Shown: one piece after another, positions 17,581-27,461 of the stretch
Numbering within the stretch: the stretch's first letter is position 1
Layout: each line of letters opens with the position of its first letter
IMG/VR virus record: IMGVR_UViG_2791355104_000001
Strand: one strand, 5' to 3'
Source: a virus
Lineage: Duplodnaviria; Caudoviricetes
DNA length: 64,000 bases
The notes under the pieces: model-generated
Database searches by the model: none
What the model saw: only the letters and a program-made list of their open reading frames with translations
Told to the model about the DNA's origin: nothing
Position numbers and translations under genes: made by a program

Positions 17581-20500
17581 ATGGGTCTTTTATCGGGTAT
17601 TGGCGATTTTCTCTTCGGCTGGATGGCGCCAGACGTTGAGCAAGCTGGCCCCCCAGGCACTGAACTAAACTCAGCCTCAACTGAAGCGAATATCCCTAAG
17701 ATTTTCGGTAAGGTGAAAAAGCAAAGCGCCCTGGTCGCATTCAAACAAACGAATGACAACGACAGTGACGATATTAAGAATGATCTTCTGCACATCATCG
17801 TCGTTTGGGGCTACGGTGTCGAGTCCATCGACGAGCTTTACATTGATGATATTGCTTACTCAAGCAACAGCACTGCGTTTGAGCACGATGGGGGCGGAAG
17901 GGCGGTTTATGCGGTCAATTTTATCAACGGCATGGATGGGTATGTCGACTCAAATCTAACTCGGGCTGGGTGGGGAACGAGCGATAAACTTACCGGCTTG
18001 GCTTGCACATACTTTCGGTTTGAGTATCACGGCGGCGAAAATGCCATTACTTCTGAGCCAAAGCTAACCGCAGATTTAACCGGCACGGCAGAAACCAACC
18101 CAGGCTACGCACTCAAGGATTTGTTGAAGTCTCCGATTTACGGAAAAGGCTTGAACGACAGCTTTATTAATCTGCCCGCGGTTTCAGCTTGCAATAGCCT
18201 TTCCAGTCAATTAGTCGAAACCTATATTGGCTCAGGTGTCTATCGCCCGTTATTTACGTGCAACACTGCGCTTGACACTGAAAACTCGGTGTTCGATAAC
18301 GTCAATACTATTCTCAAGTCAATGCGGGCCATCATGCCCATATTGAACGGGAAACTCACGCCGATTATTGAACAGGACCAGGCACCGGTTCCGATAATTA
18401 TCACGCAAGACGATATTATTGAAATGGACGACGTTAAAAACTCGTCCAAATCTAACAGGTACAACCGTGTAATCGTAAAGTATTACGACCCAGATGCAGA
18501 TGGCACCGCGCAGGAAGCGGTGTATCCCATTCCAGATTCTGACGAAGATGTGGCGTGGCTGGCTGAGGATAATGGCTTCCGCCTTGAAAAATCGTTCGAT
18601 CGTAAAACGTGCGACAACTACTACGAAGCATTAGAGCACGCAAAAACCTTGGCTCGCATATCGAGAGAGCAGCTTCATACAACCATCACATTGCCTAAGT
18701 GGGCAACGGTATTTGAAGTGGGTGATATTGTGCCTGTGCAGCACGACTACTACGAGTGGAACGAAGAAGCGTTTCCCGATTATGGGGGAAAGTTATTCAG
18801 GATCACATCAAGCAACGAAAACCGCCGAGAAGTCACGCTCTCTATTCGTGAACACCAACCTTATCTCTATGACTTTTTCGGGCAGGGCAATAAACCTGCG
18901 TTAGCCGATTCAGGCATAAACAACGCCCCTCCTTCTGTTCCAACGGGTGTTACTGTCACGCCTATCTATGACGGCAATAGGCAGCTTCGCATCAGTTGGA
19001 GCGGCGACGCATCCCGATTCGATTACCAGGTGCTTTCAGTAGGTGGCGATGTTGTCGAAACGAGTCGCATTGCACGCTCTTATGTGGAGTTGGCCAGCTA
19101 CTCCCTTGGCTCTTACACTTTTCGCGTTCGCGCCGTGGGCGGCATGGCTGAGCTATCGGCATGGTCTACACCGAAAGATTTGGAAGTGTCTGGCCTCGAT
19201 TATTTCACCTGGAAAATTTATGCCGACGACATCAACGGTGCAAGCCCCAGCAAGACGGATGCGACGAAACCTTTCATTGGCTATCTATACGGGCAATTGA
19301 AAGAAACTTTTGATATTAACGCTATTGATATTAGTCAGTTCGGTTTCTTCCCAAACACGGCATCACAGTGGCTCTTTGGTGAGGGCACACCCCCTGCAGC
19401 GATGGGTAATGTCGGTGATACATATCTCGAACAAACTACCGGCGATATTTATAAAAAAACCAGCTCTGGCTGGGGCTCTCCTGTTGGAAATATTAGCGGT
19501 TCAGATGGTGATAAGTGGCTTTCTGGAACAAGTGCGCCAGCCGCTGGCACCGGCTCTAATGGTGATATGTATCTTAACACCACGAACTACGCGTTATATC
19601 AAAAGGTAAACGGCACGTGGGAGCCTCGCGGCACAATCAAGGGTGAGCAAGGCATTAAAGGTGATACCGGCGATAAAGGAGACGACGGCGAAGACGGTAA
19701 ATCAGCACCTAACGTCATCGCTCATCGCTTAATGAAGTGGGATTTCCGAACGAGTATCTACGGCTGGACCCCGCTTAATTATTCGTCTGCAAATATCGTT
19801 AATAAAACGCTGAGAGTCATTTCTAACGGCGGAGGCTCAGTAGGCATGAGTCGTCTGAATTTGCAAAGCGTTTCGGGTAGCGATTATCACGTCGTATTGC
19901 TCAAAGTTAAGTGCATTTCTGCATCATTAAACACCACAGCCAGGTTGTATTACATCAGGCAAAGCCAAGCGGGAACTGGCTACACGTCAACGCAGCGCGT
20001 CGATTTACCAGTGAAATATAAGCAGGGAGAGTGGACTTATTTAGAATTCGATATGCGCGCTGTATCGTTGTGGACGTCAAACAATTTGTACGGCGTTCGT
20101 GTTGACGTCGGACCGGCTGCTAACTATGAAATCGATTCAATCTACATAGGCTACTACGGCAATGCTGACGAGACTGATTATGACGACGGCCGGATATCGA
20201 ATGATAGAATCCAGGCTAATTCAGACGGCACAATTTCCTACCAGCTCAGTAACGGCAGTTGGGTAAATCTCGGTAAGGTCACGCGTGCTGGATTGGGCGC
20301 AATTTCTGACTCAGAAGCGCAAGCCATGGCGGATGACGCACGTGATGCGGCTTTTCAAAATGCGTTAGCGTCTGCGTTACTGCGGAATCCTTCCGGCGAA
20401 GGGCTCAACTTCATGAACCCGCTATACCAGAATCCTGTAGATGGCGTACCTGTTTCGACGGGAAGTGGCGGTGAGTTCTCGATTAATACATGGTCTGGGC

Positions 20501-21729
20501 ACCCGAACCCTTCCCGTGGCAGCATGCTTCAATTGACCGCAAACGCTTCTGGCGCTTACATGTATCTCGGCAAGACAGTTAGTGAATACAACATTAAGTT
20601 GATGCCGAACAGAAAATGGATTGTCAGCTTCTGGATAAAAACCGGGGAGGGGTATAGCTTCACGAACCAGGTGCACTTTGCTTATATAAATGGCAGTGGA
20701 CAGCGGGTTCATTTATCCCAAAACTACACAACACCAGGTAGGTACAACGCCTCTCGCGTCTCAGTAGTTATGGATATGACGCAGAGCAACAACAGCGCAG
20801 TGACTGATGTAATATTGCGGCTTGATTGCGATACGTCAGGCTATTGGCTCCTGTTCGATCAGATAATGATTGAGCCGGTGAGAGAAAGCGACACGAATGG
20901 CACGGAGCCTTCGCCCTACGTAAAACCTTTTTTGCAGCCCCCAATCCTGAAAAGCCAAATACTCCCTATGACCGCGCTGGGCGGGGCAAGAACGGCGTCG
21001 GTAACGTCATCGTCAAGCGAGCAGTTATTAACGTCCACTGTTGATCCTAGCTCATCATCGAAAGCACGGATTACGATAGCTTCACACACTCTGCAAACTG
21101 GTGACGGACCAATTAACTACGGCGCTAAAAATATTGATGGTAAAGAGCAAGACAAATGGCACTACGTTTACATCGACGACCCTTATTTCGTAGGCGGAAC
21201 AACTTACGGCGCAACAACGAGTGTCGGTGATTTAACCGCTAACAATTATCGCTACTACATAGATGCCATTCAGACCTATGTGTCTGGCGGCGGCACAACG
21301 TACCCGCCAATGCCTTACTGCCCGCACGCGGAAACGTGGCTCACTGAAACGCTGCAAGCGAAAGATGCTCAGGTTGGTGACACTATCGACGCAGTAACGA
21401 ATGGCGAAATTCATAAAGCTGAAATTATCTCTATTTGCGCCCATCGTTCTGACTGCGTGCGGATAACGAGTGCCAGCGGTTGTGTGAAAACAGTGTCTGT
21501 CTGGACACCAATTGATTTACGCGACGGCTCCACGATTCGCGCTATCAATCTCTGGGGGCATCAGATACTGGCGGAAGTCGATGGAAAGCTGGTTTGGGAA
21601 GATATCGTTAATCTCGAATTTATCGAAGACCAGCCGGTAATGCATTTATCGCTGGGCGGTATGAATTTCCTTGGCGGCAAAACCCCGCACAACCGTCTTG
21701 TAACCCACAACATACAACAAAAAAGGTAA
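17581..21729 (+). CDS. Central tail fibre/host-specificity protein (J-like) with FN3-like, collagen-like and CBM-like modules and a C-terminal Hint domain
   Basis: IPKIFG...LHIIVVWG N-terminus; two W-x-G-x3-P...GD-x-YL repeats; GEQGIKGDTGDKGDDGEDG; C-terminal C...LVTHN. Confidence 0.85.
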   Translation: MGLLSGIGDFLFGWMAPDVEQAGPPGTELNSASTEANIPKIFGKVKKQSALVAFKQTNDNDSDDIKNDLLHIIVVWGYGVESIDELYIDDIAYSSNSTAFEHDGGGRAVYAVNFINGMDGYVDSNLTRAGWGTSDKLTGLACTYFRFEYHGGENAITSEPKLTADLTGTAETNPGYALKDLLKSPIYGKGLNDSFINLPAVSACNSLSSQLVETYIGSGVYRPLFTCNTALDTENSVFDNVNTILKSMRAIMPILNGKLTPIIEQDQAPVPIIITQDDIIEMDDVKNSSKSNRYNRVIVKYYDPDADGTAQEAVYPIPDSDEDVAWLAEDNGFRLEKSFDRKTCDNYYEALEHAKTLARISREQLHTTITLPKWATVFEVGDIVPVQHDYYEWNEEAFPDYGGKLFRITSSNENRREVTLSIREHQPYLYDFFGQGNKPALADSGINNAPPSVPTGVTVTPIYDGNRQLRISWSGDASRFDYQVLSVGGDVVETSRIARSYVELASYSLGSYTFRVRAVGGMAELSAWSTPKDLEVSGLDYFTWKIYADDINGASPSKTDATKPFIGYLYGQLKETFDINAIDISQFGFFPNTASQWLFGEGTPPAAMGNVGDTYLEQTTGDIYKKTSSGWGSPVGNISGSDGDKWLSGTSAPAAGTGSNGDMYLNTTNYALYQKVNGTWEPRGTIKGEQGIKGDTGDKGDDGEDGKSAPNVIAHRLMKWDFRTSIYGWTPLNYSSANIVNKTLRVISNGGGSVGMSRLNLQSVSGSDYHVVLLKVKCISASLNTTARLYYIRQSQAGTGYTSTQRVDLPVKYKQGEWTYLEFDMRAVSLWTSNNLYGVRVDVGPAANYEIDSIYIGYYGNADETDYDDGRISNDRIQANSDGTISYQLSNGSWVNLGKVTRAGLGAISDSEAQAMADDARDAAFQNALASALLRNPSGEGLNFMNPLYQNPVDGVPVSTGSGGEFSINTWSGHPNPSRGSMLQLTANASGAYMYLGKTVSEYNIKLMPNRKWIVSFWIKTGEGYSFTNQVHFAYINGSGQRVHLSQNYTTPGRYNASRVSVVMDMTQSNNSAVTDVILRLDCDTSGYWLLFDQIMIEPVRESDTNGTEPSPYVKPFLQPPILKSQILPMTALGGARTASVTSSSSEQLLTSTVDPSSSSKARITIASHTLQTGDGPINYGAKNIDGKEQDKWHYVYIDDPYFVGGTTYGATTSVGDLTANNYRYYIDAIQTYVSGGGTTYPPMPYCPHAETWLTETLQAKDAQVGDTIDAVTNGEIHKAEIISICAHRSDCVRITSASGCVKTVSVWTPIDLRDGSTIRAINLWGHQILAEVDGKLVWEDIVNLEFIEDQPVMHLSLGGMNFLGGKTPHNRLVTHNIQQKR

Positions 21730-21733
21730 AACC

Positions 21734-22114
21734 GTGGAATTAGATTTTTCGATACTCACAGACCAAGACGTCTCATGGAAGCAGCCGAAAGAGCGTGTAT
21801 TCCGCATGAACAACACGCCGCTGGCGGGGCAAATAGTTGTCGTTACCATCAATCGCGTGGACAAAGACACGAACTTGGATGGCGTGGTAGATACCGTTTA
21901 CTGCGAGATATTCACGCGAGTAGCAGATGAAACCACAGGCGAAGTAGTGAACCTAAACGGGCCTCTCAGCACGTTCTTTGAAAACTCAAAGCAGTTAGAT
22001 GGATTAGAAGCAGCTGAAAATGTGATAGGCCCGTGGATTGCGGTCATGATTGACGAGGCATTGTACAGACAGTTGCGACGCTACCAGATTCAGCAATCGC
22101 TCAACCTAATATAA
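21734..22114 (+). CDS. Hypothetical protein downstream of the fibre gene
   Basis: 126-aa ORF starting 4 nt after the fibre stop. Confidence 0.65.
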   Translation: MELDFSILTDQDVSWKQPKERVFRMNNTPLAGQIVVVTINRVDKDTNLDGVVDTVYCEIFTRVADETTGEVVNLNGPLSTFFENSKQLDGLEAAENVIGPWIAVMIDEALYRQLRRYQIQQSLNLI

Positions 22115-22413
22115 AACTAACGCCGGTATATAACCCGCGCTTGAAGGTTTAGCTGATTACCGTGGATTGCGTGGATAACGCAGCATTTTCGCCGCTTTAT
22201 GGGGTTTAGCGCGAGTTAGTGGTACAATAGCACTTGTAAGCCGTCTTACAAAGATGTTGAACTTTTCTGCAGAACGCGCATACTAACCTGGTGCAACGGA
22301 TTTATTACATGCAACAGATTTTATGCGGTTTGGAGCTAAATAAGAGTTTCAAACAGATGTTGCGAGTTAGTTGCGAACGCACAAAAGTATCAATTCATTT
22401 TATAGGAGGCATC

Positions 22414-22584
22414 ATGGCCGCAGCACAGCAAAAACAAACAGGTTTCTGTTTGCACGCTCGCACTGCTAATGACGTTGTAAGACCTCGACCTTATAGCGGT
22501 AACCACAAAGACGTCGTTAACAAAGCGATTAATGAGTGCAGCTCTCGAAGTGCGCAAATTTTGAAAGAGTTGGCAAAGGTTTAA
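22414..22584 (+). CDS. Putative antitoxin of a Doc-type TA pair (56 aa)
   Basis: Strong AGGAGG RBS before ATG 22414; C-terminal ...SAQILKELAKV helix like Doc-binding antitoxin tails; directly upstream of doc. Confidence 0.6.
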   Translation: MAAAQQKQTGFCLHARTANDVVRPRPYSGNHKDVVNKAINECSSRSAQILKELAKV

Positions 22585-22610
22585 CAAATTAACGTTAGTA
22601 GTATCTATCC

Positions 22611-23075
22611 ATGGAAGAAGTAGAGGGAATTAGGTATCTAGACGTAGATGACATTATCGAGTGTAACAAGAAGGCTCTAGCGGTAACTCCGCTGGAGTCT
22701 TTTGCTATATTAGATAGAGGAAAGTTAGAATCTGCACAAGCCCGGCCGAGCAGGCTCAGATATTATGAACAGTGTGAAGATGTGTTTTATCTGGCAGCAG
22801 CGGTTTTTATTAGCATTAACAAAGCGCATGCTTTCGAGAATGCGAATAAGAGAACCGGCTTTCTGGCAAGTCAAATATTCTTACAGATTAACGGCTATCA
22901 CTTCCAGCCCATGATAGAAGACGCTATTGATATCGCGGTAAAGGTAGCCAGCGGCGATGAAGAGCACAATAACGAGTTTCTACTATCAAGCTGGTTCAAA
23001 GCGTTCAGTAACCTCAATGAGGATTATGAAAGTAGCGAACAGCAAGGTGTACGCACACTCACAGTACCCAAATAA
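22611..23075 (+). CDS. doc: Fic/Doc family toxin (death-on-curing)
   Basis: LESAQARP and HAFENANKRTG Doc-type motif. Confidence 0.88.
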   Translation: MEEVEGIRYLDVDDIIECNKKALAVTPLESFAILDRGKLESAQARPSRLRYYEQCEDVFYLAAAVFISINKAHAFENANKRTGFLASQIFLQINGYHFQPMIEDAIDIAVKVASGDEEHNNEFLLSSWFKAFSNLNEDYESSEQQGVRTLTVPK

Positions 23076-23109
23076 AACTGCAATAAATTGCCAGCAACAA
23101 AATCAGCTT

Positions 23110-23138
23110 AAAAAGAAGGCCTCATTCGAGGCCTTTTT
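23110..23138. terminator. Bidirectional intrinsic terminator between doc and the PEP-CTERM gene
   Basis: A-run, AAGGCCTC-ATTC-GAGGCCTT, T-run. Confidence 0.75.
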
Positions 23139-23160
23139 CAATTCCATTACTTTTAACTAC

Positions 23161-23736
23161 TCAAGCACTGAGCTTTTGCTGCCGGCGAAGGCAAAGAGCA
23201 ATTGCGCCAAAGGCGAATAGGCCGAATGTGGCGGGGGTGGGGACGAAAGATAAAACGGTGTCATCAGAAAAATAAAACGCAGTCGAATTCGGGTAAAAGC
23301 TAATAACTCCTTTTGCTGGATTTCCGTTCCCAGCATAAGGCTCAACCACGACATGTATAAAGCCTTGGATATCAAAGGGGGTAGTGTTGTAAAAACTACC
23401 TGTGTACACATCTGCGCCAGTGTCTTCAATGATTTCTGAGTGAAATACATGTCCGTTGGACATCAAGCTTATTTGAAAGTCGCCCACTATAGCATCGTTA
23501 AACTCGGTAACTATATCGGCATCAAGCCAAGTGAAAGTGTCGGTAAATTGGTATTCGAAACCAACGTATTTATATGCTGAGTTACTTAACAATAAGTTCG
23601 TATCGCCAACTATCGTAGGGTATCCAAATCCAATTTTACCAAAAGAACTGAACGGGTCAGATATCTTCGTGAAGCTAGCGTTGGCGGATAGTGAGGTAAA
23701 TACGCTTAATAAAATAGCGGCTGTTAATAGTTTCAT
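23161..23736 (-). CDS. PEP-CTERM sorting-domain surface protein 1
   Basis: Signal peptide MKLLTAAILLSVFTSLSANA; C-terminal VPTPATFGLFAFGAIALCLRRQQK. Start moved to ATG 23736. Confidence 0.85.
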   Translation of the reverse strand: MKLLTAAILLSVFTSLSANASFTKISDPFSSFGKIGFGYPTIVGDTNLLLSNSAYKYVGFEYQFTDTFTWLDADIVTEFNDAIVGDFQISLMSNGHVFHSEIIEDTGADVYTGSFYNTTPFDIQGFIHVVVEPYAGNGNPAKGVISFYPNSTAFYFSDDTVLSFVPTPATFGLFAFGAIALCLRRQQKLSA

Positions 23737-23830
23737 GGTCAATTCCATTTGCTGGTTGGCTAAGTCCATAACTATGTATCAAAAAATATAATTTAACAAG
23801 TAGGCAGCTTTAAGTAACAGGATAAATTCT

Positions 23831-24742
23831 ATGGCTCAAGCACCAAGCGAAATTGTTTATATTGGGGACAGGTTTAAATTTATAGATTTCACATCAAGGT
23901 GGGCACCCGCACCATTTCACAGGTTAATAACATTTCAAGATGGCGCTGTAGGTGATGGAGTGCAAGGAATGCCTGATGGGTTTGATGGCGATGCTGGGCA
24001 GAGTACCTATTCTGATGAGGTCTTATATAAGGGGCGGCAGGTTTGTAAATGTTTTTTGCCGCAAGGCTCTGTGGGGCAGCTTTCTTTTGGCGGGGCTGTC
24101 ACGTCAGGGGTTAGAGTAGAAAGAGGGCAGACGGTCTGGATACGCTCTATTATATACTTGCCCTCGTCCTTTGACCTCAATGAATCTATGGCGGGGGGTG
24201 GTGCTATGAAGTATATGCGCCAGAAAGTTACCAACGACTCTTATTCAGTAGGGCATGCTGATTTATATATACCCGCACCAGATTTAGGTTTGCCTGGGCC
24301 ATTCAAGCTAGTTATGGAGGCTCACACTTCACAAAGCCAAGGCCATGCAACTCACAACAGTAATATAAATGTTGGAAATCTTGACGACTACCAGCTTCCG
24401 AGGGATGAGTTTGTGGAAGTGCAATATGCAGTCACACACGATATCGGCCACTATGAAGAAAGCCGTTGCGTAGCCAGAGTTTGGGTTGGCGACACGCTTC
24501 TTGCGGAGAAAAGGGATTTTCACACGATGATAGGTGATACGGATTATTGCGACGTTATCAGGCTGTTTGGTTACTTTAATGCTAATTACAACCCTCCCAA
24601 TAGTCCTGATTACGATCCTAACGGCGGTGAGCATGGAGTCACTAAAGATATGCACTGCTATTGCGCAGAGTTTGAATGCACAACGGTAGAGCCTACTTAT
24701 ACTGATGCGTTCGGCAATCCTAAACTACCAACGAGACTATAA
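23831..24742 (+). CDS. Polysaccharide-lyase-like/beta-jelly-roll protein
   Basis: VWIRSIIYLPSSF, GGGAMKY, LPRDEFVEVQYAV, ARVWVGD pattern recalls lyase/ConA folds; no signal peptide. Confidence 0.5.
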   Translation: MAQAPSEIVYIGDRFKFIDFTSRWAPAPFHRLITFQDGAVGDGVQGMPDGFDGDAGQSTYSDEVLYKGRQVCKCFLPQGSVGQLSFGGAVTSGVRVERGQTVWIRSIIYLPSSFDLNESMAGGGAMKYMRQKVTNDSYSVGHADLYIPAPDLGLPGPFKLVMEAHTSQSQGHATHNSNINVGNLDDYQLPRDEFVEVQYAVTHDIGHYEESRCVARVWVGDTLLAEKRDFHTMIGDTDYCDVIRLFGYFNANYNPPNSPDYDPNGGEHGVTKDMHCYCAEFECTTVEPTYTDAFGNPKLPTRL

Positions 24743-24745
24743 ACG

Positions 24746-26386
24746 ATGCCAAATATTAATTACGGTTGGTTTTTCACTCTTAGCGAAAGCGCCCCTATAC
24801 CAACACCAATTACAGGGCTGTCAGGCAGTGACTGGGAGGTGGGATTTACTGCGATTAAGGCGTCTCAAGACGACGGCGCAAAAATATATTTCTCAGGTGG
24901 GCAAGGCGATGAGTACCGCTCAGTTGATAGGGATGTTTCTTTTAGAAAAGCTGCAACGCAGATTGCTATATGGCGGCATCCTCATTGGAAAAACATCCCT
25001 TACCACACGACCCTAAGGGGAGAGGCGGCATCTATTCGATTAGATGCGGAAGGTCACTCCGGGTTGTTTTCAGAGAGCAACGGCGGCACAAACGTCTTTT
25101 TTGATATACGCCAACTGGGTATTATATCTGGAAATACTAACCCCTTCCAGATGTCAAAGCTCAAAGCTAGAACGGTATCTACTGATACTATAAAAGCCGA
25201 CTGGGACGGCAATAAAGTATTAAACGCAGCTGGGACAGATTTCATTTTAAGAACGGAGGCGAATGCAAATCCCACGTTAGCAGATTCTGGCTACGAGCTA
25301 AAGCTGTACGATGTATCAGGCAATAATAACCATGTAACACTACCTGCGAGCACCACTTGGCAGTTCATATCGTCCGTAACATTGCCAACCGAGGTGGTTG
25401 CTGGCTCCACCGGTAATGTTTTTGAAGCTCCCGTAGGATTCACAGTTGAAGATGTGACTATAGGTGGCTATTCCGTACCATTCACTTTCAATCAGGCGGA
25501 TGGGACAGGTACTTTTGACGCGCCGGATATGGGTGATACTGTTGCAGGGTTTCCTCTATTTGGTGAAACAACACAAATTCAATTGATTGATAACACTAAC
25601 GGAAACACTGCTGAAGTTTTGACGCGATGGATCCCACCCTCGCCATATAGCTACGCGACGTTTATATCCAATCCAGATAATACAAAAGTAAACAACGCTT
25701 ATTATCAGTGGTCAGATCCTCCATTGGCAGGGCATCAAGCTATATTTGATGCCAGTAAGTATACGATTAACAGCTATGGTAGCTTGTCAGTAGTGACAAC
25801 AGAACCATCATTTGAAGTTACTGAATACTTAAATGATGGAGATCTCAAGGCGTTTCAAAGGTCGTCTAGTAAATCTGGAGAAGCCCCCTTTGACACCACG
25901 AAACCTCAGATAAGCATCCCGGGCGAAAATCCGCTGACTATCCAGCAGAATTCGACGTTTACTGCGCCAACTGCGACTGTCACTGATAATGGTGCGCAAA
26001 TTGGCGCGGTTGAGGGTACGGGAACTGTAGATACCGCAACACCAGGTGAATACACGATAACGTACCCCGGTGCAGAGTTCGTAGACTCCGCTGGTAATGT
26101 GGCTGACGACGCGACGCTGACGGTTATTGTAGAAGAGGCCGCTGCTATGGCAAAAATCGATATCACTTCCGGCACAGGCTTAGAGGACGGCGATTATCGC
26201 GTGATGCTCTGGTCTGGTCATACTACGAACGACCCGGTCATCTACGACAATGTGCTACCGTTTGTTGATGGAGTTGCGAGCGTCACTGGACTGGATGCAG
26301 CTCTAGTCGGACAGACGATTTACGGCGTTGCTCAGCACCCTACGCTCGGGGGCATTCAAATCAAGAAGGTGGCCGTCAATGAGTAA
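24746..26386 (+). CDS. LamG-like plus Ig-like (DUF5011-type) protein
   Basis: YDVSGNNNH LamG-type motif; KPQISIPGENPLTI...VDTATPGEYTITY...DSAGN Ig-like repeat. Confidence 0.65.
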   Translation: MPNINYGWFFTLSESAPIPTPITGLSGSDWEVGFTAIKASQDDGAKIYFSGGQGDEYRSVDRDVSFRKAATQIAIWRHPHWKNIPYHTTLRGEAASIRLDAEGHSGLFSESNGGTNVFFDIRQLGIISGNTNPFQMSKLKARTVSTDTIKADWDGNKVLNAAGTDFILRTEANANPTLADSGYELKLYDVSGNNNHVTLPASTTWQFISSVTLPTEVVAGSTGNVFEAPVGFTVEDVTIGGYSVPFTFNQADGTGTFDAPDMGDTVAGFPLFGETTQIQLIDNTNGNTAEVLTRWIPPSPYSYATFISNPDNTKVNNAYYQWSDPPLAGHQAIFDASKYTINSYGSLSVVTTEPSFEVTEYLNDGDLKAFQRSSSKSGEAPFDTTKPQISIPGENPLTIQQNSTFTAPTATVTDNGAQIGAVEGTGTVDTATPGEYTITYPGAEFVDSAGNVADDATLTVIVEEAAAMAKIDITSGTGLEDGDYRVMLWSGHTTNDPVIYDNVLPFVDGVASVTGLDAALVGQTIYGVAQHPTLGGIQIKKVAVNE

Positions 26387-27416
26387 CTATAACCAGGCTC
26401 AGGCGTTCAATGAATATGGTGGGGCGGTAAATACGCCTCCCCAGTTCAACGATGTAGGCACCATCACCGCTGTAATAGGCGCTGTCGTTTCGCTAGGCGC
26501 AGACATCACTATTACTGATGACGGCACAGTGGTTACGCTGGCATGGACACAAGTCGGCGGTAACGATGCGACGATTAATAATCCGGGTGTCAAGAACGCG
26601 AACATCGATACCAGCGCGTTAAGTGAGGGCACTCGCACTTTCAGGCTGACGGCAACAGACGACGAGGGCGCTACCTCTTACATCGAACGTGACTTAGTGC
26701 TTGCGTTGCCTGCTGATGTTACGCCGCCTGTTATCAGTCTCAACGGGCCGGAATCAGTAACTTTAAGAGTGGGCGAGACATATACGCCTCCGCCAGCAAC
26801 GGCACTCGATGAACGCGACGGAGATGTGACTGAGCGTATAACGATTAACAATCCGGTCGATATGGAGCAGGCAGGAACCTACACTGTTACGTTTAACGCA
26901 ACCGACTTAAGCGACAATGCAGCAGAGCCAGTCACGCAGACTGTTATTGTGGAAGTTTACGTTGCAACTGCTGAAGAAGTTCTGGAAATTCTCTCTCTGC
27001 TCGAATTCGAAATCGTTAACGATGGCAATGTCACGGCGTATTACGGGCGAGCTAACCGAGAGCGGTTTAGACTGAAACCGACCGCAACTGCTGAAGTAGA
27101 TTTAACTAAACTTGCGCTTATTGATGAGTTCCTCGACTTCTCGAAAAACCACGTCACGAAAGTAGAGCTACTCAGCAACAAAAAAACAATTTCGTCTGAA
27201 ACTAATGCGGTAATGATAAAAAAAGAGTCTTTGCTTGTAAGGCTGGGAGATTTAACGACGCCTGGCGTAAGCGGAAGAGACTTGGTTGTTACCTTTATCG
27301 TGTACGTGGGAGATGATACAAGGGGTATTGTAATGTCAGGTCGGAATAGTTCAAAAGTAGTAAAAATGGAATTCTACGAAGAAGCCTCTGCAATTGATAA
27401 GCTTCCGGCAGCTTAG
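26379..27416 (+). CDS. PKD-like plus DUF5011 Ig-like protein
   Basis: VTLAWTQVGG...TFRLTATDDEG and TPPVISLNG...GTYTVTFNATDLSDN; start moved to ATG 26379, overlapping the upstream stop. Confidence 0.7.
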   Translation: MSNYNQAQAFNEYGGAVNTPPQFNDVGTITAVIGAVVSLGADITITDDGTVVTLAWTQVGGNDATINNPGVKNANIDTSALSEGTRTFRLTATDDEGATSYIERDLVLALPADVTPPVISLNGPESVTLRVGETYTPPPATALDERDGDVTERITINNPVDMEQAGTYTVTFNATDLSDNAAEPVTQTVIVEVYVATAEEVLEILSLLEFEIVNDGNVTAYYGRANRERFRLKPTATAEVDLTKLALIDEFLDFSKNHVTKVELLSNKKTISSETNAVMIKKESLLVRLGDLTTPGVSGRDLVVTFIVYVGDDTRGIVMSGRNSSKVVKMEFYEEASAIDKLPAA

Positions 27417-27433
27417 GCGTATGATGCAGTATT

Positions 27434-27455
27434 AAAAAAGGCCGGCTAACCGGCC
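27434..27455 (-). terminator. Intrinsic terminator of PEP-CTERM gene 2
   Basis: GGCCGG-CTAA-CCGGCC with an A6 run on the left, i.e. a U-tract on the minus strand. Confidence 0.65.
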
Positions 27456-27461
27456 AATCAT

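Noticed and set aside
19360-19700. Repeats in the fibre gene as a CRISPR or DGR-type array
   Set aside because: They are protein-level fibre and collagen repeats with divergent codons; no constant repeat-spacer structure, cas gene or reverse transcriptase anywhere in the window.
21319-21729. Canonical self-splicing intein
   Set aside because: The residue after His-Asn is Ile, only five residues follow, and no endonuclease domain is present; better read as a cleavage/ligation Hint domain.
22291-22413. Long (97-aa) version of the antitoxin ORF
   Set aside because: GTG 22291 lacks an RBS, whereas ATG 22414 has AGGAGG.
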